A program made the translations under genes and the position numbers. A stretch of 64,000 nt of DNA from Candidatus Eiseniibacteriota bacterium (lineage in GTDB: Bacteria; Eisenbacteria; RBG-16-71-46), in assembly GCA_963776245.1 (NCBI GenBank), contig CAVZLN010000008.1:96001-160000 (forward strand). The letters run 5' to 3'. Each line of letters starts with the position of its first letter. The stretch's first letter is position 1. The notes under the pieces were generated by a model. The model had not been told where the DNA came from. It saw only the letters and a program-made list of their open reading frames with translations, and searched no databases. Positions 23,585 through 35,442 of the stretch are shown piece after piece.

Positions 23585-24895
23585 GTCGCCTTCGCGGCCT
23601 CGCGGCAGAGCGCGTCCCACGCCACGCGCACGTCGTCCTCGGTGGTGCGCGGATTGCCGATCGCCAGGCGCAGCACCGTGCGTCCCGCCAGTTCGGTGCT
23701 CGAGAGGAACGCTTCCCCGCTCGCGTTCACGCGCTCCATGAGCGCGGCGTTCGCCGCGTCGCTGGCGTCGCGGCGGAAGCACACCACCGAGAACGGGCGC
23801 GGCGCGCACACCTCCCACCCCGGGGTCGGCGCGCACCCAGGACTCGAACACCTCCGCCAGGCGCACGTGCTCGCGGATGTGGCGCTGCAGGCCCTCGCGG
23901 CCGAGCGCGCGCAGCACCGCCCACAGCTTGAGCGCGCGGAAGCGGCGCCCGAGCACGGGGCTGTAGTCCATGAGGTTCACCCCGGCGCCGTCGTCGGTGC
24001 GCAGGTATTCGGGCACCAGGCTGAACGCGCGGCGCAGGTCGTCCGGGCGGCGGCTCCAGAACAGCGAGCAGTCCATCGGGGTGAACATCCACTTGTGCGC
24101 GTTCACCACCAGCGAGTCCGCGCGCTCCACGCCCGCGAATGCCCAGCGCAGCTCCGGGCACACCATCGCGCTGCCGGCGTACGCCGCGTCCACGTGCAGC
24201 CAGGCGCCCGCCCGCGCGCACGCGTCGGCGATCGCGGGCACCGGGTCCACCGAGGTGGTCGAGGTGGTGCCGACGGTGGCCACCACTGCGCACGCGCCCG
24301 ACAGGTCGAGCGTTTCGACGCGCATCCGGAACGCCGCATCCACCGGGAGCTTGCGCACCTCGAGCCCGGCCATGCGGCAGGCCTTCTCCACCGAGGAGTG
24401 CGCGTGCTCCGAGCACACCACGACGCGCCGCCCGGGCGCGGCGTCGCGCGCCGCGACCAGCGCCGCGAAGGTGGAGGTCGAGGCGGTGTCCTCGATGTGC
24501 CCGTGCCAGCCGTCGGGCAGGCCGAGCAGTTGCGCCACCCAGTCCACCACGTGCAGCTCGAGCTCGGTGAGCGCGGGCGACGTGCGCCACAGGAACCCGA
24601 CGTTGTTGAGCGTCGCGGCGATCAGCTCGGCGAGGATGCCGGGCTCGAGCGCGGTGCTGGCGAAGTAGGCGAAGTCGCGCGGGTGCTGCCAGTGCGTCAC
24701 GCCCGGCAGGATGAGCGTGTCGAGATCGCTCAACAGCGCGGCGAAGGGCTCGCCCCGCTCCGGCGGATGCTTCGGCAGGCGGGCGCGCAGTTCGCCCGGC
24801 GCGACGGGCGCCAGCACCGGGCGCTCGCGCAGGGTCTCGAGATAGCGCGCCGCCCACTCGAGCGCGGCGGCGCCGTCCGCGCGGAACGTGCTCAC
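23581..24895 (-). CDS. Group II PLP-dependent (aromatic-amino-acid-like) decarboxylase, frameshift near 23825
   Basis: PGVTHWQHP, SPALTELE, HVDAAYAG, NAHKW, GRRFRALKLW; C-terminus in the 23581..23811 frame. Confidence 0.9.
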
Positions 24896-24921
24896 GGGTC
24901 CCTCGCTCCCGCCCGCCCGGC

Positions 24922-25968
24922 TCACTTCAGGTGCTTCGCGAGGAACGCCCAGATCTCCTTGCGCGCGGTGCGCCCGTAGGCGGTGTCGATGCGGTCGAAG
25001 CGAGTGCCCGCCGGGCGCGTCGGTGTAGATCTTGTACTCGAACTTCTTGTCCGCCGCCTTGAGCTCGGCGATCAGGTGCTCGACCTCGACCACGTTCACG
25101 TCGCGGTCGTTGGTGGTGGTGTGGATGAGCAGCGGCGTGCGCAGCTTGGCGGCGTTCCACGCCGGCGAGCGCTTGCGGTACTCCTCCACGCTCTGGTTCG
25201 CGGTCTTGCCGAGGTGGTAGGGCGCGGAGAACTCCTCGCGGTAGTCGTCGGTCAGGTAGCCCATGCGGGCGATCAGGTCCGAGACCGGCACGCCCGCGAA
25301 GCACACCGCGAACTTCTCCGGGTGGTCGAACACCGCCATCAGCGCGATCAGCCCGCCGTGGCTCCAGCCCACGACGCCGACGCGGCCGCCGTCCACGAAC
25401 GGCAGGGTCTCCACCGCCCAGTCGCGCGCCGCGATGCAGTCGTCGATCTCGAGGCCGCCGTAGTCGATGGCCTCCTGGAAATCGCGGCCGTAGCCCGGTC
25501 GAGCCGCGGTACTCGGGTGCGACCACCACGTAGCCCTGCTCCATCAGCTCGCGGATGATGTGGGTGTGATAGGTGGTGAAGTCGGCGTGCACCCCGCCGT
25601 GCGGCAGCACCAGCAGCGGCGCCTTGCCGCGGCGGTCGAACTTCTTCGGCACGAACACGTAGGACCAGAACTTGAGCGGATGGCGCTCGTTGGCGATGCC
25701 GTAGGTCGCGGTGCCCTTCGGGTTCGGCGGCCCGGTGATGTACACCTTGTCGATGATCGGCCACGTCGCCGACGCGCGCGAACCACAGCACGTCGTCGAC
25801 CGCCTTCATGAGCTGGTCGTTCGCGTAACCGGCGGCGTCGAGCCGGCCCTCGATGGCCTTGAGCCGCGCTTCGATGTCGCCGGAAGGCGCGTCGGCCGCA
25901 TGGGTGGGCACGGCGGCGGCGAGCAGCGCGGCCGCCATCAGGGCGACGGGCAGGAATGGGGCACGCAT
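24922..25968 (-). CDS. Exported S9-family serine peptidase (frameshifts near 25760, 25495, 25005)
   Basis: Signal peptide MRAPFLPVALMAAALLAAA; PHGGVH, EYRGSTG, GWSHGG nucleophile, NDRDV, GGH. Confidence 0.85.
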
Positions 25969-26190
25969 GGCGTCCTCCGAGGACCTCGGTTGGCTGGGGA
26001 TCCGCACGGCGCGCGAGCCTACCCCCGCTCCCACCGGACGCACCAGCCGGAAGAGCGCGGAACGCTCGCGCACCCGACGGACGGAGCGGTCCGAGCGACG
26101 GACGCGGCGGGGCGGCTCGTGACCCGTGAGCCGCGGCGCTGCTATCCTGCCGGACGCATCCACTCCTCGACGACCCTCCGGAGCCCATTC

Positions 26191-27420
26191 ATGACCACCG
26201 CCGCATCCGACCACGATCCGCTGCATGGCTTCGCGCTCGCCCCCGGGTTCCAGTCGCGCGCGACCACCTGCGGGCTCAAGGCCAGCGGACGGCCCGACCT
26301 GGCGATGGTGTGGAGCGACTCGCCATGCGCCGCCGCCGGAGTGTTCACCACCTGCCGTGTGCCGGCCGCGCCCGTGCTGTTCGACCGCGAGGTGCTGCGC
26401 ACCAACGCCGCGGGGGTGCGCGCGGTGATCGCCAACTCGGGCTGCGCCAACGCGTGCACTGGCGAACGCGGGATGGCGGACGCGCGCGCCATGGCCGCGC
26501 TCGCCGCCGCCGCGGTGGGGGCCAGCGCCGCCGATGTGCTCGTGCTCTCGACCGGCGTGATCGGCGTGCCCCTCGACATGGAGAAGGTGGCGCGCGGCGT
26601 GACCGCGCTCTTCGCGCCGGGCGCGCCGGACGCGCCGGCCGCCGTGGTGCGCGCCATCATGACCACCGACACGCGTCCCAAGGTCGCCGCGGCCGACGTC
26701 GCGGTGAACGGGCGCGCCGTGACGGTGCGCGGGTTCGCGAAGGGCGCCGGGATGATCCATCCCGACATGGCGACCATGCTGGCCGTGGTCACCACCGATG
26801 TCGCGTCCGATCCCGCCACCCTCCAGCGGCTGCTCGCCGCCGCGGTCGCGCGCTCGTTCAACCGCATCAGCGTGGACGGCGACATGAGCACCAACGACAC
26901 CGTGCTCCTGCTCGCCGCGGGCGCCTCGGGCGCCCGCCTCGACCCCGCCGGCGAGCCGGCGTTCGCCGACGCGCTCGAGCAGGTGTGCGTCTCGCTGGCG
27001 CGCCAGATCGCGCGCGACGGCGAGGGCGCCACGCGTCTGGTCGAGGTCACGGTCACCGGGGCGGTGGCCGAGCGCGACGCGCACGCGGTGGCCGACGCCA
27101 TCGCGCGCTCGCTGCTGGTGAAGACCGCCATCCATGGCGGCGATCCCAACTGGGGCCGCGTGCTCGCCGCCGCCGGCGCGGCCGGCGTGCACCTCGAGCC
27201 GGCACGGCTGGCGCTGGCGTTCGGCCCGGCCGGCGAGGCGGTGCGCGTGGTGGAGCGCGGCACGCGCGCCGCCTACGACGAGCGCGCCGCGGCCGAGCGC
27301 CTGCGCCGCGACCCGGTCACGCTCCAGCTCGACCTCGGGCTCGGCGGCGCCGCCGCCACCGTGTGGACCTGCGATCTCAGCGCCGAGTACGTCTCGATCA
27401 ACGCCGAATACACCACCTGA
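26191..27420 (+). CDS. argJ: Glutamate/ornithine N-acetyltransferase
   Basis: ANSGCANACTG, STGVIG, IMTTDT, KGAGMIHPDMATML, DGDMSTNDT, terminal INAEYTT. Confidence 0.96.
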   Translation: MTTAASDHDPLHGFALAPGFQSRATTCGLKASGRPDLAMVWSDSPCAAAGVFTTCRVPAAPVLFDREVLRTNAAGVRAVIANSGCANACTGERGMADARAMAALAAAAVGASAADVLVLSTGVIGVPLDMEKVARGVTALFAPGAPDAPAAVVRAIMTTDTRPKVAAADVAVNGRAVTVRGFAKGAGMIHPDMATMLAVVTTDVASDPATLQRLLAAAVARSFNRISVDGDMSTNDTVLLLAAGASGARLDPAGEPAFADALEQVCVSLARQIARDGEGATRLVEVTVTGAVAERDAHAVADAIARSLLVKTAIHGGDPNWGRVLAAAGAAGVHLEPARLALAFGPAGEAVRVVERGTRAAYDERAAAERLRRDPVTLQLDLGLGGAAATVWTCDLSAEYVSINAEYTT

Positions 27421-27461
27421 GCGCGGGCCCGCGCCCGCGCGCGAAAGGAGTGCCGAACCCC

Positions 27462-28727
27462 ATGGCCACCCACCTCGAGCAGCGGCGCGCGCGCGTCGCC
27501 GCCGCCTGGGCGCTCACCGACGAGATCGTGCTGGTGGGCGCCGGCGAGCCGCTCCCGATCCCCGGCGGAGCCGACCAGACCTATCCCTTCCTCGCGCACG
27601 CCGAGTACTTCTGGCTCACCGACACCGAGTGCGTGGGCGGGGTGGTGGCGTACGATCCGAAGTCGGGCTGGGTGGACTTCGTGCCCCCGGTCACCGAGGA
27701 CGAGCGCGTGTGGGAAGGCAAGGCCGACGTGCAGGGCGTGCCGGTGCACGAGCTCCCGGCATGGCTGCACGCGCGGCGCGGTCGCCCGCTGCGGAACCTC
27801 GGCAGCGCGCTGGCCGGCATCCCGGCCGGCGGCGCGCGCGTGGACGAACTGCGCGACGCGCTCTCGCACGCGCGGCGCCCCAAGGACTCAGTGGAGCTCG
27901 ACCGCATGCGGCGGGCCGCCGCGGCCACGGTCGCGGGATTCGAGAAGGTGAAGGGCCTGATCCGCCCCGGCGTGACCGAGCGCGCGCTCCAGGTGGAACT
28001 GGAGGCCGAGTTCTTCCGCCACGGCGGCGAGCGCACCGCCTACGGCACCATCGTGGGCGCGGGCTCGAACTCCGCCGTGCTCCACTTCAGCCCCTCCGAC
28101 CGCGTGGTGAAGGACGGCGACGTGGTGCTGATCGACGCCGGGGCCGAGATCGGCCGCTACGCCAGCGACATCACCCGCACCTACCGCGCGGGCAAGGCCG
28201 ACGGATTCTACCGCGACCTCTACCAGGTGGTGCTCGGGGTCGAGGAGCGCGGCGTGGCGCGCTGCGTCAAGGGCGCCGAGTGGCGCGACATCCACCTGGC
28301 CGCGGCGCGAGAGATCGCCGAGGGGCTGCGCACGCTCGGCATCCTGCGCGGCGACGTCGAAGCGGCGATGGAGCGGGACGCGCACGCGCTGTTCTTCCCG
28401 CACGGTCTCGGCCACCTCGTCGGCCTCGGGGTGCGCGACGCCAGCGGCTACCTGCCGGGGCGCAAGCGCAGCACCCGGCCGGGGCTCAGCATGCTGCGCA
28501 CCGACCTGCCGCTCGAGCCGGGCTACACCATCACCGTGGAGCCGGGCATCTACTTCATCCCCGCCCTGCTGAACTCGCCCGAGCGCCGCGCCAAGCTCAA
28601 GGACGTGGTGGACTGGGCGAAGGTGGACACGCTGCTCGACTTCGGCGGCATCCGCATCGAGGACAACGTGCACGTCACCGAGGGCGCGCCCGAGGTGCTC
28701 ACCGGAGCGTTGTCGAAGGCGATGTAG
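27462..28727 (+). CDS. M24B Xaa-Pro aminopeptidase/dipeptidase
   Basis: LIDAGAE, YASDITRT, HGLGH, TVEPGIY, GGIRIEDNV. Confidence 0.93.
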   Translation: MATHLEQRRARVAAAWALTDEIVLVGAGEPLPIPGGADQTYPFLAHAEYFWLTDTECVGGVVAYDPKSGWVDFVPPVTEDERVWEGKADVQGVPVHELPAWLHARRGRPLRNLGSALAGIPAGGARVDELRDALSHARRPKDSVELDRMRRAAAATVAGFEKVKGLIRPGVTERALQVELEAEFFRHGGERTAYGTIVGAGSNSAVLHFSPSDRVVKDGDVVLIDAGAEIGRYASDITRTYRAGKADGFYRDLYQVVLGVEERGVARCVKGAEWRDIHLAAAREIAEGLRTLGILRGDVEAAMERDAHALFFPHGLGHLVGLGVRDASGYLPGRKRSTRPGLSMLRTDLPLEPGYTITVEPGIYFIPALLNSPERRAKLKDVVDWAKVDTLLDFGGIRIEDNVHVTEGAPEVLTGALSKAM

Positions 28728-28767
28728 GGGGGGCGCGCCGGGCGGAAGCCGGTCGACGACGGGGCTC

Positions 28768-28791
28768 GCGCCCCGCCGCGCGGCGGGGCGC
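28768..28791. terminator. Perfect 24-bp GC palindrome between convergent genes
   Basis: GCGCCCCGCCGCGCGGCGGGGCGC is its own reverse complement. Confidence 0.45.
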
Positions 28792-28800
28792 ATCACCGCC

Positions 28801-30450
28801 TCATTCGCCCGCGATCGCGACCGGTCGATCCGCGGCGGCGTGGCCGGCCGGGGACTCGCGCGTCCGGTCGCGCAGGAAGAACGCCAGCGGGAGCAGCACC
28901 AGCATCGAGACGCCGGTGAGGTAGAACGTCTTCTCGAACGCGATCAGCGACGCCTGCCGCGCGACCGTGCCCTCGAGCGCCTGGATCGCCGCGGTGTGCG
29001 CGGAGGTGGCGTCCATGCCGCGGGCCATCAGGCCCTGGGTGATGCGCGCGAGCCGCTCGGCCACTTCGGGCCGGAACGGGTCCACGTGCGCGATCAGGGC
29101 GTTGCGCGCGCGGACCATGAACTGGGTGAGCAGGGTGCCGTAGATCGCGAGCCCCGCCGAGCCGCCGAACTGGCGCACCAGCGAGTTGATGCCGGTGGCG
29201 TCGGCGAGCTGCGTGCGCGGCACGTGGCTGAGCGCGACCGTGGTGAGCGGCACGAACAGGCACGAGAACCCGATGCCCTGCAGCACCAGCACGTGGATGA
29301 TGCCGACGTCGCTCGAGTCGAGGGTGAAGCGGCCCATCTCGATCGAGCCGAGGCCCACGCACGCCACCCCGATCGCCACCATGATCTGCGGCGGCACGCG
29401 GTTGTAGAGCCGGCCCACGATCGGCGTGCACACCATCATCACGATCGCCCGCGGCATCAGGGTGAGCCCCGCCTTGAGCGCCGTGAATCCCAGCATCTCC
29501 TGCATGAAGATCGGCAGCAGGAACATCCCAGCCATCAGGTTCGCGAACATGATGCTGCCGATCGCGGTGGCCGACGCGAACGTCGGGTCGCTGAACAGGC
29601 GCAACTGGACCGCGGGCGCGCGCGCGCGCAGCTCCTGGACGAGGAACCCCACGACCCCGACCACCGCGACGACCGCGGCGATGGTGATCTCGGGCGAATC
29701 GAACCAGTCGTTGCGATTGCCCTCTTCGAGGAAGTACTGGAGCGCCGAGAGCCCGACGCACAGGAGCACGATGCCCTGCCAGTCGAGGTCGCGCCGCATG
29801 ACTCCGGCCTGCGCGCGGTTGGCGGCGCGGATGTCCTCGGGCTCGTGGACGAAGCGGCTGGTCATGAGGATGCCGAGCAGGCCGATCGGGAGGTTGATGT
29901 AGAAGATCCACGGCCACGACCAGTTGTCGACGATCCACCCGCCGAGCGCCGGCCCGGCCGCCGGCCCGATCACCACCACCATCGCCACCACGGCCATCGC
30001 CATGCCCTGCTCGCGGGCCGGGAAGCTCTGGCGCAGGATCGCCATCTGGCTCGGCATGAGCACTCCGGCGCCGAGGCCCTGCAGGGTGCGGGCGGCCACC
30101 AGTTGCACCAGCGTGCGCGCCACGCCGCACAACATCGAGCCACCTATGAACAATCCGAGGCAGAATAGATAGACCCGCTTCTGGCCCAGGAAGCGTCCGA
30201 GGAACGCGGTGAGCGGCATGACGACCACCTGGGCGATCGCGAACGAGGTGGCGAGCGCGGTCATCTGGTCCACCGTGGCCCCGATCGAGCCGCGGATCTG
30301 GGGCAGCGCCACGTTCACGATCGAGAGGTCGATGGTCGCCATCAGGGCGCCGAGCGAGACCGACCCCGCGACCAGCCACTTGTTGTCGGGCCGGCCGAGT
30401 CCCGGCAGGCTGATCGGCCAGTCGCGCTTCTGAGCGGCGGTCGGACTCAC
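28801..30450 (-). CDS. DHA2 (EmrB-like) MFS efflux permease
   Basis: DLSIVNVALP, GPALGGWIVDNWSWPWIFYINLPIG, LEEGNRNDWF; about 14 TM. Confidence 0.93.
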   Translation of the reverse strand: MSPTAAQKRDWPISLPGLGRPDNKWLVAGSVSLGALMATIDLSIVNVALPQIRGSIGATVDQMTALATSFAIAQVVVMPLTAFLGRFLGQKRVYLFCLGLFIGGSMLCGVARTLVQLVAARTLQGLGAGVLMPSQMAILRQSFPAREQGMAMAVVAMVVVIGPAAGPALGGWIVDNWSWPWIFYINLPIGLLGILMTSRFVHEPEDIRAANRAQAGVMRRDLDWQGIVLLCVGLSALQYFLEEGNRNDWFDSPEITIAAVVAVVGVVGFLVQELRARAPAVQLRLFSDPTFASATAIGSIMFANLMAGMFLLPIFMQEMLGFTALKAGLTLMPRAIVMMVCTPIVGRLYNRVPPQIMVAIGVACVGLGSIEMGRFTLDSSDVGIIHVLVLQGIGFSCLFVPLTTVALSHVPRTQLADATGINSLVRQFGGSAGLAIYGTLLTQFMVRARNALIAHVDPFRPEVAERLARITQGLMARGMDATSAHTAAIQALEGTVARQASLIAFEKTFYLTGVSMLVLLPLAFFLRDRTRESPAGHAAADRPVAIAGE

Positions 30451-30759
30451 TCGCTTCCCCTCGTTCCGTGAACCATCCACGCGGCTGCCGCGCCCGCGCC
30501 TCCCAGCGCGACGGGCAGGATGGCGAGCATACGCTCGCCGGCGCGCGCGCTGCCACCCCGCGCATGAGGCTGGATGGGTGTGGGACGGGAACCCGCCGCG
30601 CGACCCGAGGCACGCGGTCGCTTGGCGCGGCATGCGGGCTGTCGCTATGCTGCGCTGCGCAGCAGGTGCGGCGTCCACGATGCCGCGCGAGCGTCCCGTG
30701 GGTTCGAGGAGTAGGGCCGCTGCACCCGTCGGGAAGGATGCAGCTCACACGGAGTCAGG

Positions 30760-32124
30760 TTGCAGACGCAGATCGCAGGGACGGTGCCCCGAGTGCGCCT
30801 CATGGGTGTGATCGGCCCGCTGGTCGCCGGGCTGGTGATCGCCGCGGGGCCGGTGTGGGCGGATGAGCCGCCGCCCGACGAGACTCCGCTGACGCTCGCC
30901 GCGGCGGTGGCGCGCGCCGCCGAGGCGACGCCGGCGGTCGAGATCGCCGCGCTGCGCCGGCAGGAGGCCGACGCCCGCCGCGGCCAGGCCCGCGCCGCCC
31001 TCACCCCCTCGCTCTCCGGCTCGGCGTTCGCGATCGAGCACACGTTCAGCACCCGGGCGATGGGATTCTCGTTCCCCGGCGTGCCGAACCTCGTGGGTCC
31101 GGTGGACGCCGTGGATGCCCGGTTGAGGGCCACCCAGACGCTGTTCGACGCGTCGTCCTGGATGCGGCTGCGAGCGAGCGGCCACGCGGTGGACGCCAGC
31201 CGGGCCGAGGCCGAGGGCACCGCCGAGACCGCGGCCCAGCAGGCCGCGCTGGCCTATGTGCGAGCGGCGCGCACCCAGGCCGTGGTCGGAGCGCGCCGCT
31301 CGGACCTCGAGCTGGCGCGCGCCCTGATGGGGCTCGCGCAGGAGCAGTCGAAGGCCGGCACCGCCGTGGCGATCGATCTCTCCCGCGCGCGCACCCAGGA
31401 GGCGGCGGCGCGGGGCGCGCTGCTGATCGCGAACAACCAGGCCGACCGCGCAGCGATCGACCTCGCCCGCGCGCTCGGGCTCGAACCCACGGCGCGGCTG
31501 GCGCTGGCGGACACGCTGGGTGCGACGCTCGGGGCCTCCGCGGTCCCGGAGGCGGCCGATTCCGCGGTCGCGCAGGCCCTCGTGCGGCGGCCCGAGCTGG
31601 CCGCCGAGCGGGCCCGCCGCGCGCGCGCGCGCGCCGACCTCGGGGCGATCACGGCCGAGCGGCTGCCGCGCCTCGACGTGAGCGCCGACTACGGGCTGAG
31701 TGGCGATCATCCGTCCGGCTCGATCCCCACCCGGCAGATCGCGGTGCAGGCGACCGTGCCGCTGTTCGACGGCCTGCGCCGCGAGCGGCGCGCCGCCGAG
31801 CAGAGCGCGATGGCCCGCGAGGCGGAGGTCCGGGTGCGCGACCTCGAGCGCCAGATCGCCGCCGAGGTGCGCTCGGCCGCGCTCGACCTGGGCGCCGGGC
31901 GCGAGCAGGAGTCGGTGGCGCTCGAGCGGGTCGGGCTGGCGGAGGAGGAACTGGCGCAGGCGCGCGAGCGGTTCGCGAGCGGGGTGGCCAGCAACATCGA
32001 AGTGATCGAAGCCCAGGCGTCGCTGCTGCGCGCGCGCGACGCGGTGATCGACGCGCGCACGGCGGTGGCGCTCGCGCGGGTCGCGCTCGCGCGCGCGGCC
32101 GGCGCCGCCCGCACCATGAGGTGA
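30760..32124 (+). CDS. TolC-family outer-membrane efflux protein
   Basis: Signal peptide; two OEP-like repeats; RPEL, LPRLD, PLFDG, ERFASG...IEVIEAQ; start may be 30802. Confidence 0.88.
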   Translation: MQTQIAGTVPRVRLMGVIGPLVAGLVIAAGPVWADEPPPDETPLTLAAAVARAAEATPAVEIAALRRQEADARRGQARAALTPSLSGSAFAIEHTFSTRAMGFSFPGVPNLVGPVDAVDARLRATQTLFDASSWMRLRASGHAVDASRAEAEGTAETAAQQAALAYVRAARTQAVVGARRSDLELARALMGLAQEQSKAGTAVAIDLSRARTQEAAARGALLIANNQADRAAIDLARALGLEPTARLALADTLGATLGASAVPEAADSAVAQALVRRPELAAERARRARARADLGAITAERLPRLDVSADYGLSGDHPSGSIPTRQIAVQATVPLFDGLRRERRAAEQSAMAREAEVRVRDLERQIAAEVRSAALDLGAGREQESVALERVGLAEEELAQARERFASGVASNIEVIEAQASLLRARDAVIDARTAVALARVALARAAGAARTMR

Positions 32125-32133
32125 GGAGACGAC

Positions 32134-33200
32134 ATGACCACGGGATCCGAGAGCACGCCATCCGAGGAGCCGGTCCGCCGCCGGTCGCGTCGCCCGATCG
32201 TCTTCGCGGTCCTGGCGCTGGTCGTGATCGTCGCCGGGGTGGTAGGGGTCCGCCGCTGGGCCCTCGCGCGGACCCACGTGACCACCGACAACGCCCAGGT
32301 CGAGGGGCACGTGATCCCGATCCTGACCCGCGTCGTGGGATTCGTCGCCGCGGTGGCGGTGGACGAGAACCAGGCCGTGCGCGCCGGGCAGCTCCTGGTG
32401 CGGATCGACGACCGCGATCTGCGTGCGCGGCTCGAACAGACCGAGGGCGATCTCGCCAACGCGCTCGCGGTGGCGGGCGCCGGCGGCTCCCCGGGCAGGC
32501 GGCCGCGCAGTTGCAGGCGGCGCGGTCCGCGGTGACGCAGGCCGAGGCCACCGCACGCCGCAGCGAGGACGATCTGCGGCGCTACCGCACGCTGGTCGAG
32601 CGCGGGATCGTGAGCCGCCAGCAGCTCGACGCCGCGGAGACCGGCGCCGCCGCCGCGCAGGCCGCGCTGCAGGCGGCACGCGACCAGGTGCAGGCCGCGC
32701 AGGCGGGGCTGCGCGGTGCCGGGAGCCGGGCGGAGGCGGCGCGCGCGGCGCGGGACCAGGCGGCGCTCATGCTCTCGTACGCCCGCATCACCGCCCCGGT
32801 GGACGGCGTGGTGAGCCGCCGATCGGTGGAGGTGGGGCAGCTCGTCCAGGCCGGGCAGCCGCTCATGAGCGTGGTGCCGCTCCAGGACATCTGGGTGGTC
32901 GCCAACCTCAAGGAGACCGAGGTGAAGGACGTCGAGCACGGCGATCCGGTGGAGATCACGGTGGACTCCTATCCGGGCCGGAAGTTCCGCGGCCACGTCG
33001 AGAGCCTGAGCCCCGCCACCGGGGCGCGCTTCTCGCTGCTGCCGCCCGACAACGCGACCGGCAACTTCACCAAGGTGGTCCAGCGCATCCCGGTGCGCAT
33101 CCGCGTCGAGGCCGGCGGGGACACGCTCCATCCGCTGCGCCCCGGCATGAGCGTGCGCGTGGTGGTGGACACCGCTCCGCCCCCCGCGACCGCACGCTGA
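32134..33200 (+). CDS. EmrA/HlyD-family periplasmic adaptor (frameshift near 32495)
   Basis: TDNAQVEG, ITAPVDG, ANLKET, FSLLPPDNATGNFTKVVQRIPV. Confidence 0.92.
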
Positions 33201-33318
33201 CACCCGGGCGCGCCCGCGATGAGCGGGGCGATGCCGGCCGCGCCCCGCGCCGGTTCATGCGAAGGGCCGGGAGCCTCGATGGCTCCCGGCCCTCGCCCAT
33301 CCCGCGCCGCGGCGCGCT

Positions 33319-35128
33319 TCAGACCGCCGCGCTGGTCTTGGCCCCCGCCAGGCGCTTCTCGAGGCCAGCCAGCTCGTCCTTCAGCCCCTGCGGCAGCTTG
33401 GCCGCCGAACTTCTCGTAGTGCTTGCGCATCAGCGGCAGCTCGGCGCTCCAGCCCTCCACGTCCACCTTGAGCAGTTCGGCCAGCGCCGCCTGCGGCACG
33501 TCGAGCCCCGCGAGGTCCAGCGCGCCCGGCGCGGGCAGCCGGCCGATCGGCGTGTCCACCGCCTTGGCCGCGCCGGTGACGCGCTCGAACACCCACTTGA
33601 GCACGCGGCTGTTCTCGCCGTAGCCCGGCCACAGGAACTTGCCCGTCGGCGCTCTTGCGGAACCAGTTCACGTGGAAGATGCGCGGCAGCTTCGCCGCGT
33701 CCGCCTTCGCGCCGGTCGCCAGCCAGTGCCCGAAGTAGTCGCCCATGTGGTAGCCGCAGAACGGCAGCATGGCGAACGGGTCGAAGCGCAGCGCGCCCAC
33801 GGCGCCCGCGGCGGCGGCGGTCGTCTCGCTGCTCATGATCGAGCCGAGGAACGTGCCGTGCTGCCACGACAGCGCCTCGTTCACCAGCGGCACCACGGTG
33901 GCGCGGCGGCCGCCGAACAGGATGGCCGAGATCGGCACGCCCTTCGGGTCCTCCCACTCGGGTCGCGATCACCGGGCACTGGCGCGCGGGCGCGCAGAAG
34001 CGCGCGTTCGGGTGCGCGGCCTTGCGTCCGCTCTGCGGGGTCCACGGGCGGCGCAGCCAGTCGATGGCCTCGGCGGGCGGCGGTCCCATCTCCTCCCACC
34101 ACACGTCGCCGTCGGGCGTGATGGCGCAGTTGGTGAAGATCGTGTTCTTCTCGATCGTGCGCATGGCGTTCGGGTTGCTCTTGATGCTGGTGCCGGGCGC
34201 CACGCCGAAGAAGCCGGCCTCGGGGTTGATGGCGTAGAGCCGGCCGTCGGCCCCGAACTTCATCCACGCGATGTCGTCGCCGATGGTCTCGACCTTCCAG
34301 CCGGGCAGCGTCGGGTTGAGCATGGCGAGGTTGGTCTTGCCGCACGCCGACGGGAACGCGGCGGCGATGTAGATCTTCTTCCCCGCCGGGTCGGTGATGC
34401 CGAGGATGAGCATGTGCTCGGCCATCCAGCCCTCGTCGCGCGCCTGCACCGAGGCGATGCGCAGCGCGTGGCACTTCTTGCCGAGCAGCGCGTTGCCGCC
34501 GTAGCCCGAGCCGTACGACCAGATCTCGCGCGTCTCGGGAAAATGACAGATGTACTTGGTCGTGGCGTTGCACGGCCACGGCGAGTCGGACTGCGGTGCC
34601 GTCGAGCGGGGCGCCCACCGAGTGCAGGCCGCGCACGAACTCGCCCGCGGCGCCCAGCACCTCGAGCACCTGGGCGCCCACGCGCGCCATCACGTGCATG
34701 TTGGCGACCACGTAGGGCGAGTCGGTGATCTCCACGCCGATGCGCGCGATCGGCGAGCCGATCGGACCCATGCTGTAGGGGATCACGTACATCGTGCGCC
34801 CCTTCATCGCGCCGGTGAACAGCCCGTGGAGGGTGTCCTTCACCTCGGCCGGGTCGCGCCAGTTGTTGGTCGGGCCGGCGTCCTCGCGGTGCTTCGAGCA
34901 GATGAAGGTGAACTCCTCGACGCGCGCGACATCCGCGGGGTCGGAGCGCACGAACACGCTGTTGGGGCGCTTCACCGGGTCGAGCCACGTCGCGGTGCCG
35001 GACTGCACCATGATGCGGAGCATGTCCTGGTACTCGCGCTCGGAGCCGTCACACCACACCACCCGGTCGGGCTGGCACATCGCGGCCATGTCCTTCACCC
35101 AGGCTTCGAGGACCTTGTTGTTCGTCAT
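33319..35128 (-). CDS. pckG: Phosphoenolpyruvate carboxykinase (GTP), several frameshifts
   Basis: [62 protein letters not shown]. Confidence 0.95.
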
Positions 35129-35442
35129 CGTGTCCGCCTCATCGGCCAGCGGGCTCTCGGCCGGCTGGCGGGCAAGCGCTCGCGGCGGGTCCGGCCGTTC
35201 GCGCGCTGTGGAAAGGGGGTCAGGTTGAAGTGACGGTACAGATAACTCGACCTTGCGGCGCGCTTCAAGGACGGAAATGCAGGCCGCGCCCGTCCGCGCC
35301 CAGCGCGGCTCCAACGCTCCCCGGGCACGGCGCCGGAGCGGGCGAACGCAGTCGCCCGTCACGACTTCGCGGTGATGCGGCGGCCGCGCCCGGCCGATAG
35401 AACGGGAAACGAGTCCCCCGTCCGAGCCCTTCCGGAGACCTC

